A stretch of 64,000 nt of DNA from Macrostomum lignano (GCA_002269645.1 NIVC01002262.1:1-64000); one strand, 5' to 3'; numbered from the stretch's first letter, positions 1 through 11,880 are shown. Translations and numbers: made by a program. The notes: generated by a model not told the origin, from the sequence alone.

Positions 1-31
1 GCGTTCTCGCTCACTCTCCCTTCCTATCCAG

Positions 32-312
32 GTCGCTTCCTGCTGGAGTCTGGCAGAGATTCCGAGGCACAGGACGGACGAGATGCACACCTCGCTGATG
101 GAGGCCTCCATGGACGGCACACGAGGTTGCTCGTCTGCTGCTTGAGCACGGAGCCCAGATCTCCATGCGCCGACAGCTCGAGACTCCGCTGACCTGGCTG
201 CCTGCGGCGGCCACGCTGCAGTTGGCCAGCCTGCTCATTGCTACGGCGCCGACCTGCACGAGGTCAACGACGAGGGCTACCAGGCTCTGATGGAGGCGCC
301 AGGGAGGGCCAG
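32..312 (+). CDS. ANKHD1: ANKHD1/ANKRD17/Mask-like, internal exon A (ankyrin repeats; frame broken by 1-nt deletions)
   Basis: Acceptor ttcctatccAG at 30-31, donor GTGAGA at 313. Piecewise translation RTDEMHTSLMEASMDG...EVNDEGY..LMEA matches the Mask/ANKHD1 first ankyrin cluster. The gene starts upstream of the window. Confidence 0.8.
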
Positions 313-354
313 GTGAGATTAATTAATCTTATTGGTTTTATTTCTCTGTAGGGG

Positions 355-647
355 TGCAAGTGAGACTGGCAGTGGGTCTGCAAGTGGGACTGGCAGTTGG
401 TCTGCAAGTGGGACTGGCAGTGGTCTGCAAGTGGGACTGGCAGTGGGTCTGCAAATGGGACTGGCAGTGGGTCTGCAACTGGGACTGGCAGTGGGTCTGC
501 AACTGGGACTGGCAGTGGGTCTGCAACTGGGACTGGCAGTGGGTCTGCAAGTGGGACTGGCAGTGGGTCTGCAAGTGGGACTGGCAGTGGGTCTGCAAGT
601 GGGACTGGCAGTGGGTCTGCAAGTGGGACTGGCAGTGGGTCTGCAAG
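355..647. repeat. 24-bp minisatellite (GGGACTGGCAGTGGGTCTGCAAGT), ANKHD1 intron
   Basis: Direct reading; 8-aa periodic ORFs. Confidence 0.95.
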
Positions 648-700
648 CTCTAACTGTCGCAGTATAAAAACTTCACCGCACCCGACTCTAACTACTCCAG

Positions 701-1597
701 CTCGAGATGGTGGCGCTGCTGCTGGCCATGGGCGCCAACATCAACGCCATCACGGAGGAGACCAAAGAGACGGCTCTGTCGCAGGCCTGCAACGCCGGCT
801 TCACCGAGGTCGCCCAGCTGCTGCTCCGCTGCGGTGCGCGACATCGAGCTCGGCTCCTCCACCCGCTAATGGAGGCGGCCCAGGAAGGCCACGCCCAGCT
901 AGTCAAGAAGCTCCTGCTAGCCGGGGCCCGCGTAGACAAGCGTTCGCCTACGGGCGACTGCGCTCTGCACTTCGCCGCCGAGAGCGGCCACCAGGAGGTC
1001 TGCGAGCTGCTGCTGCGCAGTCGGCGCCGAGATTGACTGCCTAGCCGAAGGCGACCGGACGCCGCTGATGAAGTGCGGTCCGGCCACGGACGTGGCCCGC
1101 CTGCTGGTTGAACGCGGCGCCCAGGTGAACCGGTTCGCCCTGGGCCGGGAGCACACGCCCCTGTCACTGGCCTGCGCCGGCGGCCACCTGCCAGTTGTAG
1201 AGTTCCTGCTGTCCTGCGCGGGCCGATCCCACCGTGCTGCTGAAGGACGGCTCAACGTGCTGATCGAGGCCTGCAAAGGCGGTCACACCCACCTGTGCAA
1301 GCTGCTGCTTGACAACGCCGCTGCTGCTATGGACAGCGACGACAACAATAACGACGGCGACGAGCAAGCGGCCGGCGCCGCGCGCCTGTCCGAGGCTGTC
1401 GACGTGGCGTCAGCGGCCGCCAATTCCGTCTCAGCCGATGCTGCCGCAGCAGTCGCCGCATCCTGCCCACACCAGCACCAGCAGCAACCGCCGGCTTCAA
1501 CCGGAGTTGCCACGCGCGGCTGCCGTTGTGGCGCGATTGGCTCGACTGACAATTGCGCCGGCTCCGAGGCTGAGTTGCGGCACCTGGCTACGCTCAG
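701..1597 (+). CDS. ANKHD1: ANKHD1/Mask-like exon B (ankyrin repeats, several frameshifts)
   Basis: actactccAG|CTC GAG ATG; EMVALLLAMGANINAITEETKETALSQAC, LMEAAQEGH, EHTPLSLACAGGHLPVVEFLL, LIEACKGGH; donor cag|GTGAGC at 1598. Confidence 0.85.
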
Positions 1598-1705
1598 GTG
1601 AGCGAACACCCTCCCCCCCCCATGGATCATTGGCATCTCAGCAACCCCTCCTGATCATAATATTGCCTGATTATTATAACCGACTCCCTAATGTTTGCCT
1701 TGCAG

Positions 1706-2200
1706 AACTCCCGAGAAGCTGAGGAGCTGCTCAACAAGTGGGTATCGCTGCAGGAGTCCGCCTCACCGGCGGCAAATCGAACTCAGCCGCTGCCCAGTGC
1801 GCCAAGAAGCACTTCATGGAGGAACTGCAGCGGGTTGAGCGCGAACTCACCGAAGCTCGCAGGCCGCTGAGCGGCCCCATCACAGACAAGCTGACCAGCC
1901 TGCTCACCAAGACTAAGGAACTGTTTGCTGACACCTACCCGCCAGCCTCCGACAGTCCGCCCGCGCCCAACAGTCAGCTGCTTGCCGCTGCCGCCGAGTC
2001 GATCGACTCCTGTCTAATTGATGTCAACTCGGCTACTGAGAGCGGCGGCGAGACCGCATTGACAGTCGCCTGTCAGCACGGACACGCGCGAACTTGTCAA
2101 GGTTCTGCTGGACCACGGAAGCAATATTGAGCATCGAGATAAGAAAGGTTTCACGCCGCTTATTATCGCTGCCACGGCCGGCAATAATGATGTGTGCGAG
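1706..2200 (+). CDS. ANKHD1: ANKHD1/Mask-like exon C (linker and start of second ankyrin cluster)
   Basis: ttgcAG acceptor 1704-1705; FMEELQRVERELT, IDVNSATESGGETALTVAC, then after a frameshift ELVKVLLDHGSNIEHRDKKGFTPLIIAATAG; donor GTGAGC at 2201. Confidence 0.85.
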
Positions 2201-2379
2201 GTGAGCTGGCCTGCAATTAACTTTGCTTGAGATAATTAAAAATAAGTGAATAGCTTCGTGAATAAGGGATATTGAGATTGGTGATTATGGTAGCATTTGT
2301 GAATAGCCATATTTTATTAATCTAGTTTAGTGACTGGGGGAGTGAATAACTTATAGCTTAGTGAATTGATTGATGTGAA

Positions 2380-2902
2380 TGAATAACTGAATGAATAGGG
2401 TGTGAATGATTAAATGAGTGAATATAAGGTGTGAATGAATAACTGAGTGAATAGAGGGTGTGAATGAATAAATGAGTGAATATAAGGTGGGAATGAATAA
2501 CTGAGTGAATAGAGGGTGTGAATGAATAAATGAGTGAATATAAGGTGTGAATGAATAACTGAGTGAATGTAGGGTGTGAATGAGTAGCTTAGTGAATAGA
2601 GGGTGTGAATGAATAACTGAGTGAATGTAGGGTGTGAATGAGTAGCTTAGTGAAGGGAGTGTGAATGAGTAGCTTAGTGAATGGAGTGTGAATGAGTAGC
2701 TTAGTGAATAGAGGGTGTAAATGAATAAATGAGTGAATAGAGGGTATAAATGAATAAATTAGTGAATAGAGGGTGTAAATGAATAAATGAGTGAATAGAG
2801 GGTATAAATGAATAAATGAGTGAATAGAGGGTGTAAATGAATAAATGAGTGAATAGAGGGTGTAAATGAATAAATGAGTGAATAGAGGGTGTGAATGAAT
2901 AA
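2380..2902. repeat. About 29-bp minisatellite (GAGTGAATAGAGGGTGTGAATGAATAAAT), ANKHD1 intron
   Basis: Direct reading. Confidence 0.9.
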
Positions 2903-2947
2903 AGTTTTAAATCCTCAGTTATAACCTACCTTTCACATTTCCAACAG

Positions 2948-3334
2948 GTACTAATCAAGCGCAACGCCGATCTTGAGGCTTGCTCCGAGCGCACCAAGGA
3001 CACCGCGCTGTCCCTGGCCTGCTCGTCCGGTCGTTACGACGTTGTCGAGCTTCTCCTAGCCAACGGCGCCAACAAGGAGCACCGCAACGTGTCTGACTAC
3101 ACCCCGCTGAGCCTGGCCGCCTCTTGCGGCTTCACCAACATCATCGAGCTGCTGCTCAAATTCGGCGCCGAGATTAACAGCCGCACAGGCTCCAAGCTGG
3201 GCATCTCGCCGCTCATGCTGGCCGCTATGAATGGTCACGTGGCCGCCGTCAAACTGCTGCTGGACCGCGGCTCCGACATCAACTCTCAGATTGATACTAA
3301 TAAGAATACTGCCCTTACTCTGGCCTGCTTCCAG
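2948..3334 (+). CDS. ANKHD1: ANKHD1/Mask-like exon D (ankyrin repeats)
   Basis: ccaacAG acceptor; open frame SERTKDTALSLACSSGR...KEHRNVSDYTPLSLAA...SRTGSKLGISPLMLAAMNGH...TNKNTALTLACFQ; donor GTGAGA at 3335. Confidence 0.92.
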
Positions 3335-3346
3335 GTGAGACTGCTC

Positions 3347-3939
3347 GCGGTGATTGGGTCACGGTGCCCACATCAGATTGTGTGATTGGGTCACAGTGCT
3401 CACATCGGATTGTGTGATTGGGTCACAGTGCTCACATCTGATTGTGTGATTGGGTCACAGTGATCACATCAGATTGTGTGATTGGGTCACAGTGATCACA
3501 TCAGATTGTGTGATTGGGTCACGGTACTCACATCAGATTGTGTGATTGGGTCACAGTGCTCACATCAGATTGTGTGATTGGGTCACAGTGCTCACATCGG
3601 ATTGTGTGATTGGGTCACAGTGCTCACATCAGATTGTGTGATTTGGTCGCAGTGCTCACATCGGATTGTGTGATAAGTTCACATTGCTCACAAGAGATTG
3701 CGATAGGATCTCACAGCATAAACTCACATCGGATCGTGTGATAAGTTCACATTGCTCACAAGAGATTGCGATAGGATCTCACAGCATAAACTCACATCGG
3801 ATCGTGTGATAAGTTCACATTGCTCACAAGAGATTGCGATAGGATCTCACAGCATAAACTCACATCGGATCGTGTGATAAGTTCACATTGCTCACAAGAG
3901 ATTGCGATAGGATCTCACAGCATAAACTCACATCGGATC
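3347..3939. repeat. 32-bp minisatellite changing to a 68-bp higher-order repeat, ANKHD1 intron
   Basis: TGTGATTGGGTCACAGTGCTCACATCAGATTG units to about 3668, then about four 68-bp units. Confidence 0.92.
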
Positions 3940-3962
3940 CCTTATCCCAAACCACGCCACAG

Positions 3963-6900
3963 GGTCGCAGCGAGGTTGTCCAGCAGCTGGTGGACCGCAG
4001 GGCCAACATCGAGCACCGAGCCAAGAGCGGCCTGACGCCACTGATGGAGTGCGCCAGCGGCGGCTACACCGACGTGGCCCGCGTCCTTCTGGACAAAGGT
4101 GCCGACGTGAACGCCGCCCCCGTGCCGTCCAGCCGCGACACGGCGCTGACCATCGCGGCGGACAAGGGCCACGCCAAGTTCGTCCAGCTCCTGCTCGAGC
4201 GGGGCGCCTTCGTTGACGCCAGGAACAAGAAAGGCGCCACCTCGCTCTGGCTGGCCTGCCACAATGGCCACCTGGAGGTGTGCCAGCTGCTGCTGCAGGC
4301 CAAGGCCGATCCCAACGCCGAGGACAACAGGCGCATCGGCTGCCTGGTTGCCGCATTTCGTCGGGGCCACGTTAAAGTGGTGAAGTGCCTTGTCCGCCTG
4401 TGCACCCAGTTCCCGGCCGACAGCGACTGCCTTCGCCACGTGCAGACCGTCACTGACAAGGAGCTGAAGCGCCGCTGCTCCACTGCGATGGACATTATCA
4501 TCAGCGCGAAGGAGCGGCAAGCTGCGGAAGCGGCCAAGCACGCCTTCAGCCTGCTGCAGCAGCTGGAATCTGAGAAGGTGCAGGAGGAGCGCAAAGCTGA
4601 GGCTCTCGCCAGAAAGCGGGAGCGAAAGAAGCAGAAGAAGCAAAGCAAATCGGGTAAAGCGCAGCCCGATGAGCCGCAGAGGCCGTCGCCTTCGCCTCCA
4701 CCGCCTGAACCCGAACCCGTGGCCACGCCTGCGCCCGCACCTGCACCGACAGGGGCCAAGGCGGCTGCAGCGCCGACTTCCAAGGCAACACCGGCAGCGC
4801 CGACTTCCAAGGCAACAGCCGCAGCGCCGCCAGCGCCTTCCGCTCCTTCTCCTGCTGCCCAAAAGCAGCAACAACAGCCTCCACAAGCGCCGACAGCAAC
4901 GCAGCCTCCAGCGCAAACGAAGCAGCGTGCTGGAGGCCGCAAAGCAGAGAAGCGGAGCAGCAACAGCAGCAGCAACTGAAGCAGCGCCCGCGCCAGCAGC
5001 CGCAGCCAGAAAAGCAGCACCCATCGTCTCGTCTTCATCGTCCACCGCAGCAAATTCCTCATCTGCTCCCACCGTCGCCCGCCTCCCGCCGCCGCACCAG
5101 CTTCTAGTCGCTCCTCCCGGAAGAAAGAACAGCAGCAGAATGGCGTGACGACAGGCTCCGCACCAGCCGCCGCTGTCATTGCGGAGTCCACGCCGAACAA
5201 GGCAGCCTCCGCGCCCGCCCCGCCGGCCGCCGGCCGTCTCCGCCCTCGGCCAACAACTCCTCCAGCGGCAATTCCTCCGCCGCTTTTCAGACTTTCCAGT
5301 CTAAGCGACGCAAAGCCGGCGGTCGTCGGAACGGCGGTGGCAACAGCGTCGCTGAAGCCTCCGACTCGCTACAGCCGGTGAACGGCGAAGTGCACCACCA
5401 GCAGCAGCAGCAGAGCCGTCGGGCTCATCAAGGCTTGGCGTCAATTTCAGCCGGCACCGCTGCCGCTGGCTCCGCTGCTGCGACGGAGTCGGCCGCCTCA
5501 GCCTCATTCGCTGGCGCCGGGCAGCATTCGCTGGCCTTGCCTGACGACTGGCTGACTGTGACGCCAAAGCGGCTCTCCATCTCGGTGCCTCGGCGCGACA
5601 TCGGCCGGGTTATCGGGCGCGAGGGCGCGACCATCAATTCCATCCGGACCACCAGCGGCGCCCACATCGATATCGACAATCGCGAATCGGAGACGTCGCA
5701 GACCTCAGGCGAACGGCTAATTCACATACGCGGCTCAGCCGAGGCCGTCGCTAAGGCCAAGTCGCTCATCGACTCCGTGCTGCGGCACGCCGCGCCGCCT
5801 TGCCTGCAGCAGTCAGCGTCGTCGGCATCATCTAGCACTGCTTCTACCATTGTTGCCTCCTCCGCTACCGTCGCCGCTAAATCGCCCGGCCGTGGTCGAA
5901 GCGCGCATGCGGATCATCACCAGCAGCAGCATCAGCAGCCTCACCACCCGGATCCTCCGCCGTCGCTCATCCAGGGTTTCGGCGGCAGCTCCGGTGGCAG
6001 CTCGCAGCGCTCGCACAGTCAGAGCTCGCACGGTGGCGGCGGTCTCGGCTGCGCCGTTCCGTCGCCTTCCGCCGGCAATGCGGCGCCGGCTGCGGCTTCC
6101 TCCGCCGGCGGCCGTCGGCCACTGCCGATCCTGCAGAACAATCCGCAGCCGCACGCTCCAGCCGCAGTGGCTGCGCCCGCCGTCGCGCCCGCCGCGCCAG
6201 CGCCGACTGCCGCATCATCAAATGCCGCAGCCTCCGTGTCCGCTCCGCTGTCCATCCTGACCTCCGGCGGCCCAACACTCTACGGCATCCCGCCCGCCTC
6301 TCTGGGCTCCGTTGGCAACTTCGCCTCAGTGGCGGCCGCCGGCGTTGTCTCGAACGCATCGGCGATGCCTGCCAACAACGCGTCGTCAGCGGCCAGCGAG
6401 ACTTCATCGTCAGCTGCAGTAACGACAACTGACCTGTCCTCGCCGAAGCCGCAGCAGCAGCCGCCACCAGCTCCAGCGCCATCGTCACAGCCGCAGCAGG
6501 CCCAGCCGGCTTCACAGACTCTGATGCTAACAATGCCGTCGCCACCGTCTGCTCAGCATCCGGAGCTACTCGGTGCTGTAGGCAGCCCGGCCAGCTTTCC
6601 GAAGGCTCCGGGCTCGCACAGGCCGCCACCGGGTCTGCAGCAGCCGGCTCAGCATCATCACTATCAGCAGCCGCCGAATCATCAACTGTATCAGCAGTCT
6701 GAGCTCACCAAAATGCCTCTGACGGTCAGTCCCGGCCAGCCGCAGCCGCCGCCGCCATTGATGTCGCAGCAGCCGCATCAGCCGCCGATGCAGCCGCAGC
6801 AGCCGCAGTCGGCCTCATCGGCTGAAAACGCGCCGAGTCCGTCGCAGAATCCGCCGCCAATCGGGGCCGAGCGCCGCTGGGCCGGCGTCTCTCGCCAGCA

Positions 6901-7318
6901 CGTGACGCCGCAGCCGGCTACATTACCGTCCCCGGCCGCCTCCATGGCTGCCGCAGTCAGCTCCGCCGAGCATCCCGCCGCCGTCGCCTCGGTGTTCCCA
7001 AGCGACAGCTTCCAGCTCAGTTATCAGCAGAAGCAGCAGCCGCAAAATTATCAGCCGCCTTTCTTTCCTCCTCATCACCAGCATATGATGCCGCCACCGC
7101 CGCTGTTAATGCAGCCGCCGCCTCCGTTACAGCACCCGCTGTATCATCACACTCAGCAGCAACAGATGCCGCATCAGCAGCTGCAACAGCAGCAGCCGCA
7201 GTTCGGCAATCCGCAGTGCGCCGCCCCGGCTCCCTACACGCCCTGGTCCTCAGGCCTGTCAGGCGTGCCCTGGACCAACCACTGGGCGGTTGGCGGCGGC
7301 CAAGACGGCGGCCACTGA
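3963..7318 (+). CDS. ANKHD1: ANKHD1/Mask-like last exon (ankyrins, coiled-coil/NLS, KH domain, low-complexity tail); frameshifts between about 4940 and 5270
   Basis: GRSEVV...EHRAKSGLTPLMECASGGY...APVPSSRDTALTIAADKGH; RKRERKKQKK; KH at about 5545-5780 (ISVPRRDIGRVIGREGATINSIRTTSGAHIDID...GERLIHIRG, GxxG intact); stop TGA 7316-7318. Confidence 0.88.
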
Positions 7319-8598
7319 CTTGCCCGATTTGATCAGCTTCCTCCTCCCTACTGCATCGCTTGATTCTAAAATTCTTCGTGTGTGACGATGGCGCGACCAA
7401 AATTTAAACTCGTTGGTTAATATTTTATGCCGAACTTATACAATGCTATGCTCCATATATATAAATATTATATTTCACACTGCCTTGTCCCGGTATTGGC
7501 CCGAGCCCCCCCCCCCCCAAATGCTTGCACTGCTCGCACACTGCTGTCCTCTGTATGCATCCAGCTGCGTTATTATTTTTTTAAAGAAAGTAATTAACAT
7601 TTTTTGCGCTCATCTTTGATTGAAAACTTTTTCTAGTGCGTAGTGTAGCCAGTGCCCGTTTGTGTGCCCGTTCACCCCCCAAATAAGTGAGCAGTGTTCT
7701 CTGATTGAGTATGCGCTTCTATTTCCGTATCTGCTGCTGCAATTGACTCCGATTATTACATTTTCTTCTTGCAGGCTAAATTCGGCTTGACCAGCTTGTT
7801 GGACCTCGCCTATTAACTTTTAGTAGGAGTAAATATGATGTGTACCGGCCTGTTTATTAATCATTGTTTTAATTACTGATTTCAACTGATGCATGTGCTC
7901 TGTAGCTTCACTTTTAGTTCGTGAATTTCTCTCTCTTATACCCTCTCCTCGCGTTGCTATGCGGTTGCCGGGTGGAATTAATCCGAAATGAGAAACCTGA
8001 CCTGACTACTGCCTAGTAGGGGGGGGGGAGAACTCACCCGGCTCCCGCTTGGCTACCGAGTCTTATATATAATAGCTATATTTACCGAACTTTTCACCCC
8101 CCCCCCCCAATTTTAGTTATAGCTGTCATTATTGTCGCTTATTTTGTTATAATCAGCGCATCCATTCTTCTGCCGGGTGAAGCAATTTGACTAGCGTTAT
8201 TAAGAATAGTTAACTTTAAATATTTTAATTAGTATTGGCCTTAACCTGAGCCGTTGTCTCCCATTGTTTTTTGTCCATTACTAACTATAATGCTATTAAT
8301 TATTCATTGCTTGGAAGTGCAGCCTTTCTGCTTCTTTTCTGTGTGTCTTGCATTGCCCGAACGCATGGCCTGCTTATAAAAATTGATTAATTGTTATTCG
8401 TTTGTGTAATTGGAAAGTTTTATTTTCACTTTCTTTCTCTATCCGTGCTCCTCAATATAACTAGCCCGCATCGCGTACTGCAGACCACCTGCTGCTGCTG
8501 CTGCCTTCTCCCTCCTCCCCTCAGTTCTGCAATCTGCCGTTATTAAAATTATTAACAAACAGTTTAACATCTTTTGCTGTAGATGAGCGCTTTTAAAT

Positions 8599-8604
8599 AA
8601 TAAA
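8599..8604 (+). promoter_or_regulatory. Candidate polyadenylation signal of the ANKHD1-like gene
   Basis: AATAAA about 1.3 kb after the stop, at the end of an AT-rich UTR-like stretch and followed by an (ATT)n microsatellite. Confidence 0.35.
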
Positions 8605-8605
8605 A

Positions 8606-8606
8606 A

Positions 8607-8636
<30 letters not shown>
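8606..8636. repeat. (ATT)n microsatellite
   Basis: Direct reading. Confidence 0.9.
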
Positions 8637-8637
<1 letters not shown>

Positions 8638-8729
8638 CTTAAATCACACACGACACGCTTGAAAACATGAGTCCTCGCGTTTTGCTGTCTGTCGCGGCAG
8701 ATTCAATTTTTTTTATCTTTTAGCCTAGA

Positions 8730-9043
8730 GGGGTTGCAGCCTAGTGGCGTTAGAGCGTCGGATTCCTGACTTGAAGGTCGGGGGTTCGTTTCCCGATCCC
8801 ACTCGGAACAATTTGTGTCATTGAGCAAGACAATTAACTCTGCATTGCTTCAGTTCACCCAGCTGTAAAATGGGTGCCAGCATTAGCTGGGGTAATTGAG
8901 GCTGTGTGTGGCGACCCCCCCAGACATTGGACTGAACAGCCGTACGCAGCCTTCAGATGCGCCGTTCAATAGCTGCGGCTGAGCTGTCGGTTGCACATCT
9001 GGCCATTAAGGGAAGGTGTAATCAATAAAAATAAATAATAAAT
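8730..9043 (+). mobile_element. tRNA-derived CORE-SINE (family 1), copy 1
   Basis: tRNA-like head with B-box-like GGTTCGTTTCC (8783-8793); 8814-8874 aligns by eye to the MIR CORE domain (TTGAGCAAGACAATTAAC...CAGCTGTAAAATGGG); A-rich tail; second copy at 41742. Confidence 0.8.
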
Positions 9044-9190
9044 TTGAGTCTGTGTACGCGCATTGATATCGTGATTTGTTTGGTGGCAACGGTAAAAGAC
9101 GATTGTAATATTTTATGTAAAATAGCTGCTTCAAGTTGATAAAAATTAGTAAGCAAGCAGTCTTCCTTTTTCTGGCGTCCTTTCTCCCGG

Positions 9191-9390
9191 CTGTCACCTT
9201 CAGATTCTCCCTAGCACCCTCAACTGTCATCTTCAGCTTCTCCATAGCACCCTCAGCTGTCACCTTCAGATTCTCCCTAGCACCCTCAGCTGTCACCTTC
9301 AGATTCTCCATAGCACCCTCAGCTGCCACCTTCAGATTCTCCCTAGCACCCTCAGCTGTCACCTTCAGATTCTCCCTAGCACCCTCAGCT
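9191..9390. repeat. 33-bp minisatellite (CACCTTCAGATTCTCCCTAGCACCCTCAGCTGT)
   Basis: About 6 copies; 11-aa periodic ORF. Confidence 0.9.
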
Positions 9391-9754
9391 TCTCCCTGCT
9401 CCAATGCGCCATGTCCCTCTGATACCCGCACTGTCTGCAAAGGTCTTATCAATGCCTCAGTTAATGAAGTTCTGTATGTTCTCGGAGCAAATTTGTGCAG
9501 ATATTCGCTCGCTACAAAAGAAGATTATTCCCTAATCATACGCGGCCTGATCATTATTTATGCAGGCTTACTGGCGTAAAGTTAATTAGTGTTCACTTCA
9601 CAGAATCCATTCAGCATTGCATTTTCTCTTTTACCCTTAAACATCTCAATAATGCCTCCAGTCTATTATCATCAGAATTTAGTTATGTTTTTGTCTTCTT
9701 TCTTATAATATGACTGGTCAGGATCGGTCAGGATGAGCTCAGGATCGAAGGCCA

Positions 9755-9870
9755 TGAAGGCCAACCCCCAGGGCACAGAGTGTACATGCCTGATGAGTAA
9801 GTGCCTGCGTACAGTACTGGCGCACTCGTCTGTGCTCAGGAGTCAGCGGGATGGGCAGAACTTCCTCAAC
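9755..9870 (+). mobile_element. SINE family 2 degraded fragment
   Basis: GCCAACCCCCA..GTGTACATGCCTGA...GCCTGCGTAC...GCTCAGGAGTCAGCGGGATGGGCAG matches the family 2 body. Confidence 0.5.
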
Positions 9871-9954
9871 GCAGATTGTGTTAGACGATGTCAGTGAAGG
9901 CGTTGAACCAGGGGGTGCGCAGGCCTGCAAATATTGATTTTGCACTCCTGTATG

Positions 9955-11066
9955 CAGGGGCGTCGCCATGTATTTTATGGTGGGGGGGGGGGGCAAAGCC
10001 AAGAATTCAACATGAACATGACTAAATTCCTACATTTCCATTATTTTGAGAATCGGTGTTGTCAGCGCTCATTTTGGTGCCTCAGGCACTCATTTTGGCG
10101 CCGCAGGCACTCATTTAGCGCTGCAGGCACTCATTTAGCGCTGCAGGCACTCATTTTAGCGCCGCAGGCACTCATTTAGCGCTGCAGGCACTCATTTAGC
10201 GCTGCAGGCACTCATTTAGCGCTGCAGGCACTCATTTTAGCGCCGCAGGCACTCATTTTAGCGCTGCAGGCACTCATTTTAGCGCCGCAGGCACTCATTT
10301 TAGCGCCGCAGGCACTCATTTTGGCGCCATAGGCACTCATTTAGCGCTGCAGGCACTCATTTAGCGCTGCAGGCACTCATTTTAGCGCCGCAGGCACTCA
10401 TTTTAGCGCTGCAGGCACTCATTTTAGCGCCGCAGGCACTCATTTTAGCGCCGCAGGCACTCATTTTGGCGCCATAGGCACTCATTTAGCGCTGCAGGCA
10501 CTCATTTTAGCGCCGCAGGCACTCATTTAGCGCTGCAGGCACTCATTTAGCGCTGCAGGCACTCATTTAGCGCTGCAGGCACTCATTTTAGCGCCGCAGG
10601 CACTCATTTTAGCGCTGCAGGCACTCATTTTAGCGCCGCAGGCACTCATTTTAGCGCCGCAGGCACTCATTTTGGCGCCATAGGCACTCATTTAGCGCTG
10701 CAGGCACTCATTTTAGCGCCGCAGGCACTCATTTTAGCGCTGCAGGCACTCATTTTAGCGCCGCAGGCACTCATTTTGGCGCCATAGGCACTCATTTAGC
10801 GCTGCAGGCACTCATTTTAGCGCCGCAGGCACTCATTTAGCGCTGCAGGCACTCATTTTGGCGCCACAGGCACTCATTTAGCGCTGCAGGCACTCATTTT
10901 GGCGCCGAAGGCGCTCCATTTTGGCGCCCTGAAAGAAAAATTATTGATTACCACAACGAGTCACAAGGTGGGGTGAGGGGGACAAAGAATTGGCATGTCC
11001 CCCCATAGCTTTTTACTGGGGGGGGGACATGTCCACCCTGTTCCCCCCCCGGTGGCGACACGCCTG
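9955..11066. mobile_element. Non-autonomous hAT-like DNA element carrying an internal minisatellite
   Basis: 14-bp TIR CAGGGGCGTCGCCA / TGGCGACACGCCTG (12/14), G-run and C-run just inside the ends, 8-bp TSD CCTGTATG (9947-9954) / CTTGTATG (11067-11074). Confidence 0.75.
10064..10918. repeat. 20/21-bp minisatellite (GCAGGCACTCATTTTAGCGCC) inside the hAT-like element
   Basis: Direct reading. Confidence 0.95.
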
Positions 11067-11699
11067 CTTGTATGTATGTACTCTTCGGTTAAGAATGTTT
11101 ATAAAAAAGTACACCGATACTGTACGTTCCTTCAAGCCAGCCTCCCGCGCAAAGGAAGCAGATAGCAAAGATGGAGAAATAATAGTAAACTGCCATAAAA
11201 TCACTGCGGACCGTCAGGTTTGAGCTCAGTAGTAACTGGGCGCGGGAAATAAAGAGGCCTTAAAATGCACAGCAAATAGGCCGCTGGTGCGTAATCGCTC
11301 CGGGATTAGAGAGAGGCTGGAACGAGGGAGGCTGGAATGCGGCATCACGGATCTCCTGAGCGCAGCGACTGCTGGTCTGGCCATCGCCGTGTCCCGATCT
11401 GCAAACACTGGCTTTGTGGGGGGAGGAATGGAAGAAACAGGCAGTCAAGCCTTGGTCGAGGCTCAGCTTATCGAGATAGATTAAATCCCATCTCAGAAGG
11501 CTGCTTGACTACATTCCCGTTTGAGACAGTATTTTCCATTAAAGATAGCGTTTCAAAGTGGCCTGTTTGTTAGTGTAAAATTGTGGGGCATATTTTGAAG
11601 CTGAAAAATTCCATTTTGGAGCTTTTGAAGCTCAAAGTGAACAAAGAAAAGGATTAAAAAAAGATTATTGAGGAGGTGGAGGAAGGGTAGGGCAGAAAA

Positions 11700-11880
11700 G
11701 AGCGTAGGTTGGAGAGGTAGAGGGTAGCAGAGGGTATCAAAAAGGGGGCTGATTGCAGAAGAGGGTATAAGATGGAGAAGAGAGGGTATAGGATGGAGAC
11801 AAGAGGGTATATGATGGAGAGGAGGGTATAGGATTGAGAGGAGAGGGTACAGGTTGGAGAGGAGAGGGTATAGGATGGAG
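11700..11880. repeat. Degenerate 21-bp purine-rich repeat (AGAGGGTATAGGATGGAGAGG)
   Basis: Direct reading. Confidence 0.7.

Noticed and set aside
3942-5200. Long antisense ORFs opposite GC-rich exons (also 14771-15670 and 53304-53810)
   Set aside because: Shadow ORFs caused by codon bias of the real sense-strand genes.
4940-5400. Programmed frameshifting or stop read-through in the ANKHD1 last exon
   Set aside because: No clear slippery site, and similar indels occur throughout this gene, so sequencing error is simpler.
8730-8800. Functional tRNA gene
   Set aside because: Imperfect cloverleaf, continues into a CORE domain and is present as a dispersed repeat, so it is a SINE head.
9789-9840. 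CTGATGAG in the SINE2 fragment as a hammerhead core
   Set aside because: No following stem II-GAAA.
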